Assembly: GCF_018977255.1 (NCBI RefSeq) | Contig: NW_024704742.1 | Location: 124,498,001 to 124,562,000, forward strand | Length of the DNA: 64,000 nt | Origin: Callorhinchus milii | Lineage: Eukaryota | Reading direction: 5' to 3' | Shown here: in pieces, positions 40,526 through 53,129 of the stretch | Layout of the letters: each line of letters begins with the position of its first letter | Numbering within the stretch: position 1 is the stretch's first letter | The notes under the pieces: generated by a model | Seen by the model: the letters and a program-made list of their open reading frames with translations, nothing else | The model's database searches: none | What the model was told of the DNA's origin: nothing | Made by a program: the position numbers and the translations under genes

Positions 40526-41532
40526 TCATCTCAGAGGTGAGTTGGGTCTGCTGGACCGCAGGCTACCCAGCGATCTTTTTAAGGAGCTGTAAGACCTTTC
40601 GTGTTTCTTTTTGGCTGCCTTATAGCATTGACGCACTTGCCACTTCCTGAAAGCTTTCTGTATAGTCAGGGCAGCCTTGATCTCTTTGCGTATCATGAGA
40701 GTAGTCGTTGTCGTTCGCATTGTACTTCGAATTGGAAACAATTTCATTGCTTTAGTGAGGGTTTTCTCACTCAGCTTCTTCAAGGGCTCGGTCTCCACTA
40801 TATTACCAATCACCACAGAGCTGAGAGATTTGAGGACATCCAGGCAATGCAACTTGTGGCCGTCCACCAACGGGAAGTTGAGAGCAGCTATTTTGACTGC
40901 ATTGGGCTTTGGGATCTGCAAAGGATGCTTCAGCTCGTGTAAGAAGTCAGGCAGCTGCTCGTAGGTGATAAACTGTGTCGCGTTGGGATCAAAATTGCTC
41001 CAGACCTCATAAAACATGTCCACGTCTTCGTCGGTCACTCCGGAGATTTCCTGCTCTTGGGCTTCGTGGAAGTTTTCCAGAATCACCGCCACGTACATGT
41101 TGATGATGACTATGTTCGCGCACAGTATATACGATGTCATGTAGATGATGGCGACAAATGGACGCTGTTCCTTGGAGTGAACCATCACCTGCAGGACCTC
41201 ATTCCAGGCGGCGGCGGTGGTTAACCTGAACAGGAGCATCATACTGTTGCCGAAGGTTTCGAAATTGACGATGTCGTTTATCGGGGGTTCACGCGTTAGA
41301 TCGCGGAACAGATTCATTCCCAGGATGGCGTAAATGAACATAACAAGACCCAGCAGCAGCCCGATGTTGAAGAGCGCCGGGATGGAGATGACCAACGTGA
41401 AGAGGAGCTTTCGAATCCCCTTCAAGGACCTCACCAGCCTCAGTAAGCGGGCGAGCCGCACAATGCGGAACACCCGCAAAATAGTTGGGGAAACCGCTTG
41501 CTTTTTGGATGCAGTGGAGTCCAATAAAATTC
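40526..41532 (-). CDS. Nav2-type channel, terminal exon: DIV S4-S6, EF-hand-like C-terminal domain and IQ motif
   Basis: ccattag|GAATT...TGA; S4 RVFRIVRLARLLRLVRSLKGIRK, pore FRLTTAAAWNEVL, S6 INMYVAVILENF, FYEVWSNFDPNATQFI, IQ motif IQKAFRKW. Confidence 0.97.
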
Positions 41533-43606
41533 CTAATGGCACACGAAGAAAACGCAGAGTCAATACCGCACAGAGGCACAAGACTGACATTCAACGCCGC
41601 GGTTCCCCTGGATCTTATAAACGCCAATTTTTTTATTTTTTTTGGGGGGGGGGGTTTGGAAGGACGAATGAGCTGTGAATTATAGCTATTAATATTACGT
41701 GGTCCAGATGATCCACGTCCTGATCAATTCCAATACTATTCCAAGTCCGTCACTGAAACGGTCCATTTATATAACGTCCTCTGATGCAGTTCAGCGTTGC
41801 TCAATAAGATTGTTAAACATGTTATGTTTAATTGTATACTTCTAATCACATCATCACCTCTTGTGGCGAATGTTGCATTTTATGCAAGGTCCTTTTTTCC
41901 CCTTAAATTATTGCAAATAGCTACTAATTCCACCCCGATTTTGACAATGGAAAAATACTTTATCCCAATACATCATTCTTATGTCCATTGGAACATAGGT
42001 TGTTCCAGAACTTCCCTTCGGGAATGCAACTAATCCTTTTAATGGCATTGCATACGGCATTTGTGTTGATGAGTTTCTCTTCTCAGGATGAGAAAGTTGA
42101 TAGAATCCCAATTTTAAAACGATCCTCTTATTGAGCACGCCGAGCCTGTTTGGATGCAACATATATTGACCATTGTGTCCTGTTTAGGACATGATGGTTT
42201 ACCTGTTAGCTAACCGTGGTTGTTCAAAAGATCAGTCAGCATGTTTACATCCTTCAAGATTTCTCCACTAAGTCTATATTCATGAAGATTCACCATCTTG
42301 CACACAGATGTCCTTTATATAGAAATTCTGAAGAAATAATTCGCCTATGTTGACATTTAAGATGTGGGGAGCTACTCAAAAGCTTGGGAACGTTTAATAG
42401 GATCTTTGAAACACATCTTTATGATAATATTAATAATCCTTACATTAGATCTGGTGCCTTATCACGCCATTGAGATATTTCAAAGTGCTTCTCAGGATTT
42501 GCTGTATTTACAGGAGAATGCTGCAGCCAAATATTCTGTGCGAAGTAATGTTCCAACAAACAGTTATGAATTGCATGATCAGTATAAACTGAGGGATTGT
42601 TGGTTGGGACACCAGGAGAAACTCCCTCCTCATTTTGAATCATATACATCTTCAACATTCAAACGATGAAAGCTCATCAACTAGATCCTTAATTTTCTGT
42701 ATAATGATATCTTTCCATCAGTCAGATATTCCAAAGTTGCAGTGGTATCTTAACAGCCTCAGTTTTCAAGCTTCTTTAGCAAAATTCTAATAATTTCTCA
42801 TCGGTAGTTTTATTTCTAGTTCTATAAAACAGTACACAATGCTGACATATCTGGTCTTCAGCACAATTCAATTTTGTTACAGATGTGATTATTGCTTGTT
42901 AAAAATCCCACTGTTCTATATTAACTGTGGTGACTGAAGAGATTATCTTCTTCCACTTTGAATTTCATTAATTAATGACAGGCATAAGTATCAAACTGTT
43001 CCATTGTTTTACAGAGATTACTGGTGACTGCTGTGATAATAACAGGAATCCTGTTGGTGCTGAGTACACCTTAGACTAAAATAATCAGGAGTTCTTTGTG
43101 GTTTAGGTTTACCATTGTCTTTATGGAGTCTTTAGTGAGTGGTAACTACATTTGAGCAACAATAGTGATAGATTAGTCTAGCAGTTGGAGTTCGTTTAGC
43201 AACAATTAATCACCAATTATCATGCCACCGGAAGTCTGATATTCCTCAGGGTGTAGTCTTAAAACCATTACCAAAAATTTAGGATTGTGCAGTTTTAGAA
43301 AAGTCTTAAATTCAATCCCAATTTTGAAAGTGGTTTCCAAATTCAAATTGAATTTAAACATTTTGCAAAATTCTGTATGATCTCTTCATTTTAGCAAAAT
43401 GCAGGAGCACAAAAAGTGATTTTCTTCATCAAAAATCAATGCTCTCTATTACTGTATTAACAGTAAGGAAGAAGTCTGTTTTGTACTGGAGATACAAATT
43501 GACTTCTTACCTTGTGTTGCAAAGACACTCCTTTGGAGTCTTTAGGAAGAGCCCATGGGTCTGTATATTCTGCTTGCTTTTTCAGAAGAGGAAGATATCT
43601 GCTTGT

Positions 43607-43940
43607 GGAGTCCTGTAGCTCAGTGGTTAGAGCACTCGCTTTGCAAGAGAGAGACCTGAGTTCAATTCCAGGCAGGGCGAAACCTTGGGCAAGTTTCCTT
43701 ACTCCACACGCCTAATAATAATCCCTCCAAAAAAAAAAATAATAATAATAAATTGGTCATTTTCAATCTACGACTGTTTGTGGGACATTGCTGTGCACAA
43801 TTGGCTGCCGCGTTCGCCCACAAATATACAGTCAATTCACTTTACAGTGTGTTCTGTGAAGCGCTTTGGGACGTCCTCCCGACGTGAAAAGCGCCATATC
43901 AAATGCAAGGATTATTATTATTATTATTATTATTATTATT
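43607..43940 (+). mobile_element. tRNA-derived SINE (short form, young)
   Basis: Full-length, intact A/B boxes, (tta)n tail. Confidence 0.92.
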
Positions 43941-45427
43941 GTCGCTAGCCTGGCACAGTGGTAGCCCTCTCGCTTCTGAGTCAGAAGACTATGGGATTAA
44001 GCCCCACATTGAGCCTCTAAACTGATATCTCCCACCTCCACAACATTGCCAGCTCTGCTACTGTCTCACACCACAGGCTGCCGAGACCTTCATACACGCA
44101 TTCATAATATCCAGGCTCGACTACACAAACTCCCTGCTTGTCGGCCTCCCCAACTCCTCCCTCCATAGGTTGCAGATCATCCAGAACTCTGCAGCCTGTA
44201 TCCTCTCCCGCACCGGGCTCCGCGACCCTATCACGCCCATCCTCAAGGATTATTATTATTATCCCTTTAAGGTGAATAAAGGAGAACAGCTCCAACCCCT
44301 TTAAATCCAATTGTCGTCTAGTTTGTTGTTAAAAGGGTGATTGTCTGGGCTAGGAATAATCTATTTAAACAGAGTGTACAGAAAAGAAATAAGTAAATTC
44401 AAGTTTTTTTCTTTTGGAAGGTGTGATTCATCATTTAAATTGAAGTCACATTTCCACAGATACACAAATACTCAAATAATTTCCTCCAAATTAAAACCAC
44501 AGGTATCATAATATAATATATTTTCCACTTTGAATTGGCCTTTGAATTAATAATCCCAATAGATTCAATATTCCAAGAATAGCAAAATTCGATGTTTTTT
44601 TCATAAATATCTGTGCCTACTTGTGAAAGAACATTTCACTCACAAAACAGTCAATTCACTTTACCGTATACTGTGAGAAATTCTTTGAGACATTTTGAAG
44701 ACATGATAAGGCATTATATCAAATGCAAGAATTATTATTAATATATAACGAAAGCTGATCTAACAGAAAATAATATGACATGCACATTACAGCAGGTGTG
44801 TCTGATGATATCACAGAAATGTATACATTTTCAGAACAGAAAGACACCATTCAGCCCATTGTTTCTGTGTTATGCTTCTCGTTGTCCTTGTAAATCACAA
44901 TGAAACACTGCAGTTACAATTAGGGAATATGTCTAATGACTAATGACTAAGTTATTTGATATTTTTGTAAAAATAATTTTAAAAAAGCTACATAAAAAAA
45001 TTAATAGTTATAAAAAGCAAACAAACCCCTATATTCTTTATATGTTTGAGCAGAAAGATACAACTCCATACTGGGTTCATGAATGGATCTATTTTGTTCC
45101 TTGGTTGACTCAGCTGACATGATTTCAGGGATATTCCAGTGGGAACTGGAATTCTTCCCACTCAGCTCCTGTTAACCCTACAAGCCAATATTTTAATGGA
45201 TAGGGTGGTCATAGCTGGACAAGCAGTAGGAAGCCTGCCAGAAAAGTGCTTTCAATAGCAAGTTGTGAGGCTTTAACTGGTTACTCCAGCAGTACTCCCA
45301 ATGCACACACTATGGGATCATATAGCCTTGGCTATTGCACTTTGAAAAAATCTTCCCTTTTAAGAAAAAATCCTCCCCTCACCTCCTTTACCAAAGAAAA
45401 AAATATAACAGTAAACATATGAGTTAC

Positions 45428-45698
45428 CTGCAATGGAAAGAATAACAACTATAAAATCAAAGATATTCCAGGCTTGAGTGAAGTAGTATAGACGTTGGCC
45501 TGAAAGTTTTACAACTGCTTCAAGTGTGAATAAGGCTGTGAAGATAATGTTGAACCAATTTAAAACAGTGGCAAATGTTTTTGTCTGCCCATAATGATCG
45601 CATGCCATTACCAACACGTTCAAGGTTATCAGGCCAATGGTGCAAGGCTCAAAACCTTTATGGCTCACTAGCTTGTAGAACTGCAAAGATATTTTATT
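45428..45698 (-). CDS. Nav2-type channel, exon encoding DIV S1-S3
   Basis: caacag|AATAAA...ATTGCAG|gtaact; 271 nt, ...FTALFTLEAVVKLSGQRLYYFTQAWNIFDFIVVILSIA; WNIFDF motif; size equals the equivalent Nav1 exon. Confidence 0.95.
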
Positions 45699-46259
45699 CT
45701 GTTGAAAAGAAATAAAAACAATTAGTAAAGGAACATCATTTAAAGCTTTCTTTCCCACAATCTCAATCTTCCTAAAATATGCTTATGTTCAAACCATGTC
45801 CTAATCTAACATTTACAATCTAACTAAAATATAATCTACATAAATTCATTATACAGCAAATTATGTCAGAGTAATCGCATAGACAATACAACTAAAATGT
45901 TTCATTAAATCAAGTATTCTTTGTAACGTTTATTCCATGTGCTGTTAAGTAAACACATTTTATCACAACTGTTCTGTACTTTGTAAATTTAAGATGCGTA
46001 GTAATTTACAATGTAATAATTTACAATTTTAACAGTCTAGAAATGATACTTTCAATTCTATTTTAGTAAACATTCATATATAGATCAGTTGATGCTGTGC
46101 ACATTGATATCATTTACAAAATAACACCAGATATTTTTGTCACATTTGCTATGATCTGCTATGATGTGGCATCACATACAACAACAACAAATTTACAAAT
46201 TTGCATTAATATAGTGCTTTCATGTTGGGAGGATGTTCCAAGCAGTTGAAGTAGAGCAA

Positions 46260-46810
46260 TCATAGAATTATAGAATTATACAGCACAGAAGGAGACCATT
46301 CGGCCCATCATGTCTGTGCCGGTTCTTTGAAAGAGCTATCCAAATTAATCCCACTCCCCGCTCTCTCCCCATAGCCTTGCAAATTTGTCCTCCCCAAATA
46401 TCGTGCAGTCCTGTAGCTCAGTGGTTAGAGCACTCGCTTTGCAAGCGAGAGACCTGAGTTCAATTCCAGGCAGGGCGAAACCTTGGGCAAGTTTCCTTAC
46501 TCCACACGCCTAATAATAATCCCTCCAAAAAAAATAAATAAATAATAATAAATTGGTCATTTTCAATCTACGACTGTTTGTGGGACATTGCTGTGCACAA
46601 TTGGCTGCCGCGTTCGCCCACAAATATACAGTCAATTCACTTTACAGTGTGTTCTGTGAAGCACTTTGGGACGTCCTCCCGACGTGAAAAGCGCTATATC
46701 AAATGCAAGGACTAAGGACAACTAGGACTATCTCTCTTGAGCATTGTTGTTGAATCTGCTTTCACCACACTGGCAGTGCATTCCAGATCCGAACAACTTG
46801 CTGTGTGAAA
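46260..46810. mobile_element. Young SINE (+, 46407-46711) nested in a CR1 3' end (-)
   Basis: CR1 tail catagaattatagaatt...ccattcggccc upstream, resuming as gcattccagatccgaacaacttgctgtgtgaaaa after the SINE. Confidence 0.85.
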
Positions 46811-49800
46811 ATCTAATAATTTACTCCCAATCTGGAGTGGGAAACTGGAATAATACTGCATGCTCCAAATTGCTTGGGCCTGGGGCCATAGTTGAATTCT
46901 ATGGATCTACAATTAAGCACTAGCACAGAGGAAACATTGCCTGCCATTCAAAGCTTGATAATCTATAAAAAATATGGGACATGATAGCTCAAACAATTTT
47001 AATAATATTGAAAAGTTTGTTTTGTTGTTTACAAGTCCCTTTTGCATCAGCTGCAGGAAAAGGGGACAAATACTACAACCATTTGTATTGATTCATTCCT
47101 GAAACCACATCTGGAAGTCGATTCAGGAAGAGGTTTAAAACCAGTTACAGTATTTCATTTGAAACTGGTGCGTACCATAGGTTTATTGTTCGTTTGACGC
47201 GATTGACACTGTAAGCACTGTATAAGTGAAGCATTTTAAATTACTGTATGGAACAGTCCCAGCACAGGCAGTTAACTGAACGGTATGAATAGGCCACCCA
47301 CCATCAGTCTTATCACTGAATGATTGCTCTAGGGTTCCCTTAAACATATTGTGTTAAGAAACACCAGCTGTGTTGTCGAATAGAACATCTGTTTCAGCTA
47401 AATAATTTGAAAGAGTTGCCTTAATTGGTCCCCTTCCCCTTTCGCAGCAGATCAATTTTTCAGCTGTGATAATATCAACATAGCTACCCACCAACTCACA
47501 AGTGAAGTTGTGGCGAAGGGGGGCTGCACGTCTTATTCTTACTTAAAAAGAGGTAAATTTGAATCAATGAAATGGAGACACTTTCAACTAAAAACTGAAA
47601 TCAAACATATATCTTTGGGGAAGTCCAGAAGAGGTTAATGAACAGGCTCTTTCTGAAAGCAGTGGGATCAGCAGTAGCAGAGGTGTCTCCAGGTGTAGAT
47701 ATAAGTAACTGTTTAAGGATGTGGGTATCAGTGAAAGCATCCTGTGTATTTTCCAGCAGTCACAGAATATAATACTCATTAGGAATGCAGAACAGGATGT
47801 TTTCAATGACTTCTGCTGCTCTCAAGATCCCTTGCCGCACAAAGTTTAATAAAGAAGCTCAGAAGCTAAAACTAGCCAGGTTGATAAACACTAGCAATGA
47901 TCTTATAGATACCCCTCATATTAATTGACCAAAAATATAATTTTCCCCTCCATAGACAACATCTATGAAGAGTGTGATAAGAACAGATCTATTTTAGGTG
48001 TCATTGAAAGGGCAAAGAGGAGTGAAACAGAGAGTAACACAACACTGTAAAGATGCACAGGAGGAGGAAATGAGATAATGTGCTAATTCCTTTAGTTTGC
48101 AGACTTATTACTCTTATAAGTGTGTCATGGTTGAAGTGGGAACATTTTCATGTACCATTTTCAGCAACATAAGATAGACTTTGATTGTGAATGCTAATGG
48201 GCCAGTTTGACTGGTTTATATGGGTTGAATTAACTCTGCTATTCATCTGTAAGTGTAAAGAACACAATCCCAAATGAACAAAATCAATGAGAGACCATCA
48301 CACACCGCTTTGACTTCACGTCATAAATGGACATTGGACAATTACACAAACAGATAAGATCATGAGGACCTCCTACCAAGACCTTAAAGCTTTACAATAT
48401 AATAATATCCACAGATTTGCAATGCAATACAAATCTACAACAATTGTTGCAAAATATACCATCATGATCAGAGTGAAACAGGGAAGTCACTTTTGAAGAG
48501 GCCAATTAAAAACCCTTCAAGTTGAAAATGTCTAAACATTTGATTATTACCAGATGATACGCAAAGAACTTTAAAATTCCTTGAAGCAGAAAATGTTACA
48601 CCGAAAATTGTAATAAATTAGAATTCAAACATTATTCAGGGAAATTGTAGATTGAAAATGAGTTTACTAGCTTGACCTTCCCATGACCTCATGCACCTAC
48701 ATGTCAAGGATGGAAACTTTAATTGACTTTTGTTAGCCTTTTAATGTAATACCATTCTGATATAAATAATACAAGTTAAGACTTATGAAATTAATGGTAA
48801 ATTGTCTGGAGATGGTTTTATCAATAGGTAGCACAATCGAACAGAGAAATCCTCAGTGACCTCAATGCTCATGAAATATCTGTAGTTGTTACACTAAATC
48901 AATGTAGGTCCTAAGGTATTAATGCTAATTGTAACATTGAGGTTGAACTTCATTATATGAAACATCGTGTCACATATCATTTTTTATTTGGTAATAGTTT
49001 TCTGGTTCACATACTATAATTTACTAAATAATGCATATCTGAGGCATGCCTGGCATAAAATTCATCTGGGTCTAGATTTATGCTGTTAAAGTGGCACTTT
49101 AGAGATCATCAAATTCTTAAATACAGTCTGTAATTTTTATGCCAGTTTCTGTAAGTTCTTTTAAGTTTAAAGTGAAAACTGAATTCAATAATTTGCCAAA
49201 GTTAATACACTCCGAAATGCTACTTTAATAGAGTAAATTGCTATCCCATATTATTTTATTAGATTGCACGGAAAAGAGATGGAATACTTCAGTATTTTAA
49301 TTCCGTTTGTACCGAAATTTCCATTTCAATATAATGTTGCTATTTTAAACAAGAATTGAAAAAAAAAGTAATCAAAAACTTTACGGGTAACTACTTTGAA
49401 AACAATACTTTATTCATATGTACCAGGTGTTTTTCCCTTAGCAATCTGTGTTTGAAAGGTTCCTCTGTAGAGTTCACAAACATCCACCAGTTGTTAAGGA
49501 AGTGTAACAGATTCTCTCGAGTGACACCAGCCAAGGGGATTCCTGTGGAGTGTGTCCATTCCATATTGATACTAGTGTACTCTGGACTGAATTACAAGCT
49601 TTTACTGTAAGTGGACTGGTGACTGATTTGAGCTAAAATTCCTTCATAATTTTCTATTTTTTTATAGGCTTCTGCTGAGGACAGAGTAAAAGCTCCAATT
49701 TCATCCTTAATGTGGTCAGGTGTAGAAATGGACACATCAGAGCGCACATAGAGTTTAATGCATCCAGGTACAAAAAATACAGTTTCACTCTGGACGTTGT

Positions 49801-50889
49801 AAGATTGAAAACGAAAATGTAAAAGTCACTAATTAAATAAAACCTTAAGTGACTTAAGCTGCAGCTATTTTTGTGTTGTGCATGGCAGGAAGGGTAACCA
49901 CTAGCGATGTAAAGCAATTAACTGCCTCTAATATTTTGGATATTGCTGGAAAAAGAGAATTGTGAGAACCAGTTTACTCCCAGATCTACACTGCCTTAAA
50001 ATATAATTAACAAGTGATCAAAGCTATGCAGTGGAGCTCTGTGGATTTGTATAGTTAGGTACACATAATGCTTTACTTTCATTTAATTCAGCGTCTGACA
50101 AGAGCAATTCAGAGCAGGAAGTATAATTCCTCTTCCCTCCCTCCAATGGCCTGCTCCATGTCGCTGGTCCTATCTGCTCCACTATTGGTGGTCGGACTTT
50201 CAACCTTCCTGCCCCCACTCTCTGGAACTCCATCTTGGAGACCCTTCAGCTCGCTCGCCTCTCCTTCTTCAGAGTCTGTCTAAAGATATTATTCTTTGAT
50301 TGTGCCTTTGGTCATCTTTCCCCCATCCCCAACCTTCCACCCCACCTTGGCTGCTACCCCCAGCTTCGATACCAACCCTGGACTATCCAGCAGCTCGGGA
50401 CATCCTCCTGACGTAAAATGTGCTATACAAATGTAAATTGTAATAATCCTTACATTTGATATAGTGCCTTATCACGTCTTCGAGGTGACTCAAAGCGCTT
50501 CACAGAATATACTGTAAAGTGAATTGACTGTATATTTGTGGGCAAAATGTGGCAGCCAATTGCACACAGCAGTGTCCCACAAATAGTCGTGGATTGAAGT
50601 GACCAATTTCTTTATTTTTTTCATGAGAGATTATTATTAAACATGTGGAGTAAGGAAACTTGCCCAAGGTTTCGCCCTGCAAAACCTTTGTTGTTGTTGC
50701 TGCTTTCATGCTTTGAATTGCTCTGCTACTGGAAGCAATGTCACATATTTTCTTTCCCAGCAAACACAAGTTCCTAAATGTATACTTAAATAGAATTTAG
50801 GTTTTAGCAAATCAATTAGGTTTCTCAATAAAACACAATGCCTGCTTTCAGAATCAACTGGGTAGGTTATGCCTTTTTTTTACTGGCAA

Positions 50890-51400
50890 AGAACTCTGCA
50901 GCTCGTGTACTGTCCCGCACCAGGCTTCGCGACCACATCACTCCCACCCTCGCTGATCGAATTCAAGATCCTCATCCTCACCTACAAGGCCATTCACGGC
51001 CTTGCTCCCTCCTACCTCTCTGACCTACTATCCCCCTACCTACCTGCCCATACCCTCCATTCCTCTGGCTCCGGTTAGCTCCACATCCCCCGCCCCAACC
51101 GCCCTACCATCAGTGGCCGGGCCTTCAGCCTCTCAACCCCTAGGCTCTGGAACTCTATCCCCAGTGCCTTTGCCTTGCTTCCTCCCTTTCCTCCTTCAAG
51201 GCCGGTCTCAAGACCTTTCTCTTTGACCGTGCCTTCAGCTCCCCTCTCGACTCTCTACCCCCTCCTTGCTCCCTCCCTTCCCTCCCCTCACCTTGACCAT
51301 TTCCCCCCTGCTCGGGTCCTGATCCAACTGTACAGCGCCTTGGGACGTCCTCCCGACGTGAAAGGCGCTCTATAAATGGAATCTTGTTGTTGTTGTTGTT
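50890..51400 (+). mobile_element. L2 LINE 3' fragment
   Basis: IEFKILILTYKAIHGLAPSYLSDLL; tail cagcgccttgggacgtcctcccgacgtgaaaggcgc...(gtt)n. Confidence 0.88.
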
Positions 51401-51404
51401 GTTT

Positions 51405-51835
51405 AAGAAGGGATCTAAGTGAGGTGTTTAGAATTATAAATGGGTTCAATTTGGTTAGCATAAATAGGCTGTTCTACTTTTTCATGGGTCCATAAATTGA
51501 ATAATGTATAATAAGACAATGATAAGGTAATAATAATGAATAATAAGTCAAGTAAAAGATAGTGATGAGGGGATTTAGAAGAAAATTTAGGAAGATGTTT
51601 TTCATGCAAAAGATAATGAGAATGTGGAACTCGCTGCCTGAAATGGTGATTAAGCAGATAGTATAGATAAGCTTAGCAGGAAGTTGGATACACAGTACAT
51701 TTGAGGGAGAGGGGAATAGAAGCACTGGGATTCTGGGCATGCGAGTGAGGAAGGAGTGGGTGGAGACTCATGTGGAGTATAAACACCAGTACAGACTGGT
51801 TAGACTGAATGACCTGTTTCCACGCTGCACAGTTG
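51405..51835 (+). mobile_element. CR1 LINE 3' fragment
   Basis: gggatctaagtgaggtgtttagaattat...aatgtggaactcgctgcctg...; similar to the 17500-17890 copy. Confidence 0.75.
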
Positions 51836-52318
51836 ATGTAAATAATTGACGTTGGCCTCAGTGTAAATCCATTTTTACCGCAGCCGATTTCAAATGAAGT
51901 TTAAAAATGTAACTTTTGAAAGTCCACTGGACTGCAAACACCCTTTTTAGTTCTAACAAAGAAATCAATTTCATTCTCTTTAATAATATTAGAAAATTAA
52001 TAGCATTTGGTGATATTTAGAAGAACTCAGTACAAGCACTAAAACGACAGACAATCTTGTTCTGCTCCTGCAAATCCTGCTAAATTACAAGGGGCATAAA
52101 AGAAATGACGTCAAACCCTCAACAGTGTGTTGAACAAATACACAGTCAATTCACTTTACAGTATAGTCTGTGAAGCGCTTTGAGATGTCTAGAATTCGTG
52201 ATAAAGCTCTATACCAAATTTTATTAGCGTTTTATTATTCGTTAATGATCCTGTTCTGTATCATAAAAGCAGCATCTGAATATTTTTATTAAAGCCAAGA
52301 TACATTATCAAAGCATAC

Positions 52319-52432
52319 CTTAGGAGCGGGAATTTTCTTAGTTGGTTTAGCTTGAGAAAGACGTTTGAACGTGCTATAAAATCTTCTCTGATCTTCAGTG
52401 AGAAGCGTGACTAACGCACCTTCTTTTCGTGA
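52319..52432 (-). CDS. Nav2-type channel, exon encoding the DIII-DIV linker (inactivation gate region)
   Basis: tgttgcag|TCACGA...CCTAAG|gtatgc; 114 nt, SRKEGALVTLLTEDQRRFYSTFKRLSQAKPTKKIPAPK, alignable to Nav1 [33 protein letters not shown]. Confidence 0.93.
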
Positions 52433-53129
52433 CTGCAACAAAAGCAAAAGCAAATTCAGAAATGCAAAAAACTGAGACAAAATCTCTGCATGTTGCACCA
52501 CAGATTTCATCTGAGATTACTGCATTCTTACAAAGCATTGTCTGCCATCTGTAGGACTTGCTGTTTCTGTTCTGTTTTCTTTGGTTTATCAGTACTCCCC
52601 ACGAGAATATCACAGATAGAGAAATGTAGGCCTGCTTTCAATTACTGTATCATATGTGACAATCCAGGATTGGACCCAATTCCCAATTTCAACATAAATA
52701 AACAAACAATGTGGAAAGTATGCAGACAAGGTGCCTCAGCTAACTAGGACTTACATTTTAATCACTGGACCTAATCTCTGGAGGTCCGCGTTTGAGCTTA
52801 CTTAAGGAAAAAAGAGATGATGGGCCTGATTGCATTATCTACCACCAGCAAATCTTGTGCATATGTATTATTTTGTTTGTTTTCTTAGCTCAGTGTAGAA
52901 TGATGCTCTGGCCATACGTGTTAATGTAGCAGGCTCCATTCTGTATCACCACAGAGACGGAAATAGTTTGAATCGGTATTTGTAAAATGCGCATAATCCG
53001 TAAATTAAAACTTTGTAGAAAAGTGTGATGCATGAGTTGGCCTTGCACCCATTTCCTTTTAGGAACAATGTGTAGTTGTAGTGGCATTGCACCAATCCAC
53101 AATCCCTTGGATAAAATACTATTTAGGAG

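Noticed and set aside
43607..43680. tRNA-like sequences (gtagctcagtggttagagc…gttcaattcc) at about ten sites
   Set aside because: Each is the head of a SINE followed by the same core and tail, not a stand-alone tRNA gene.
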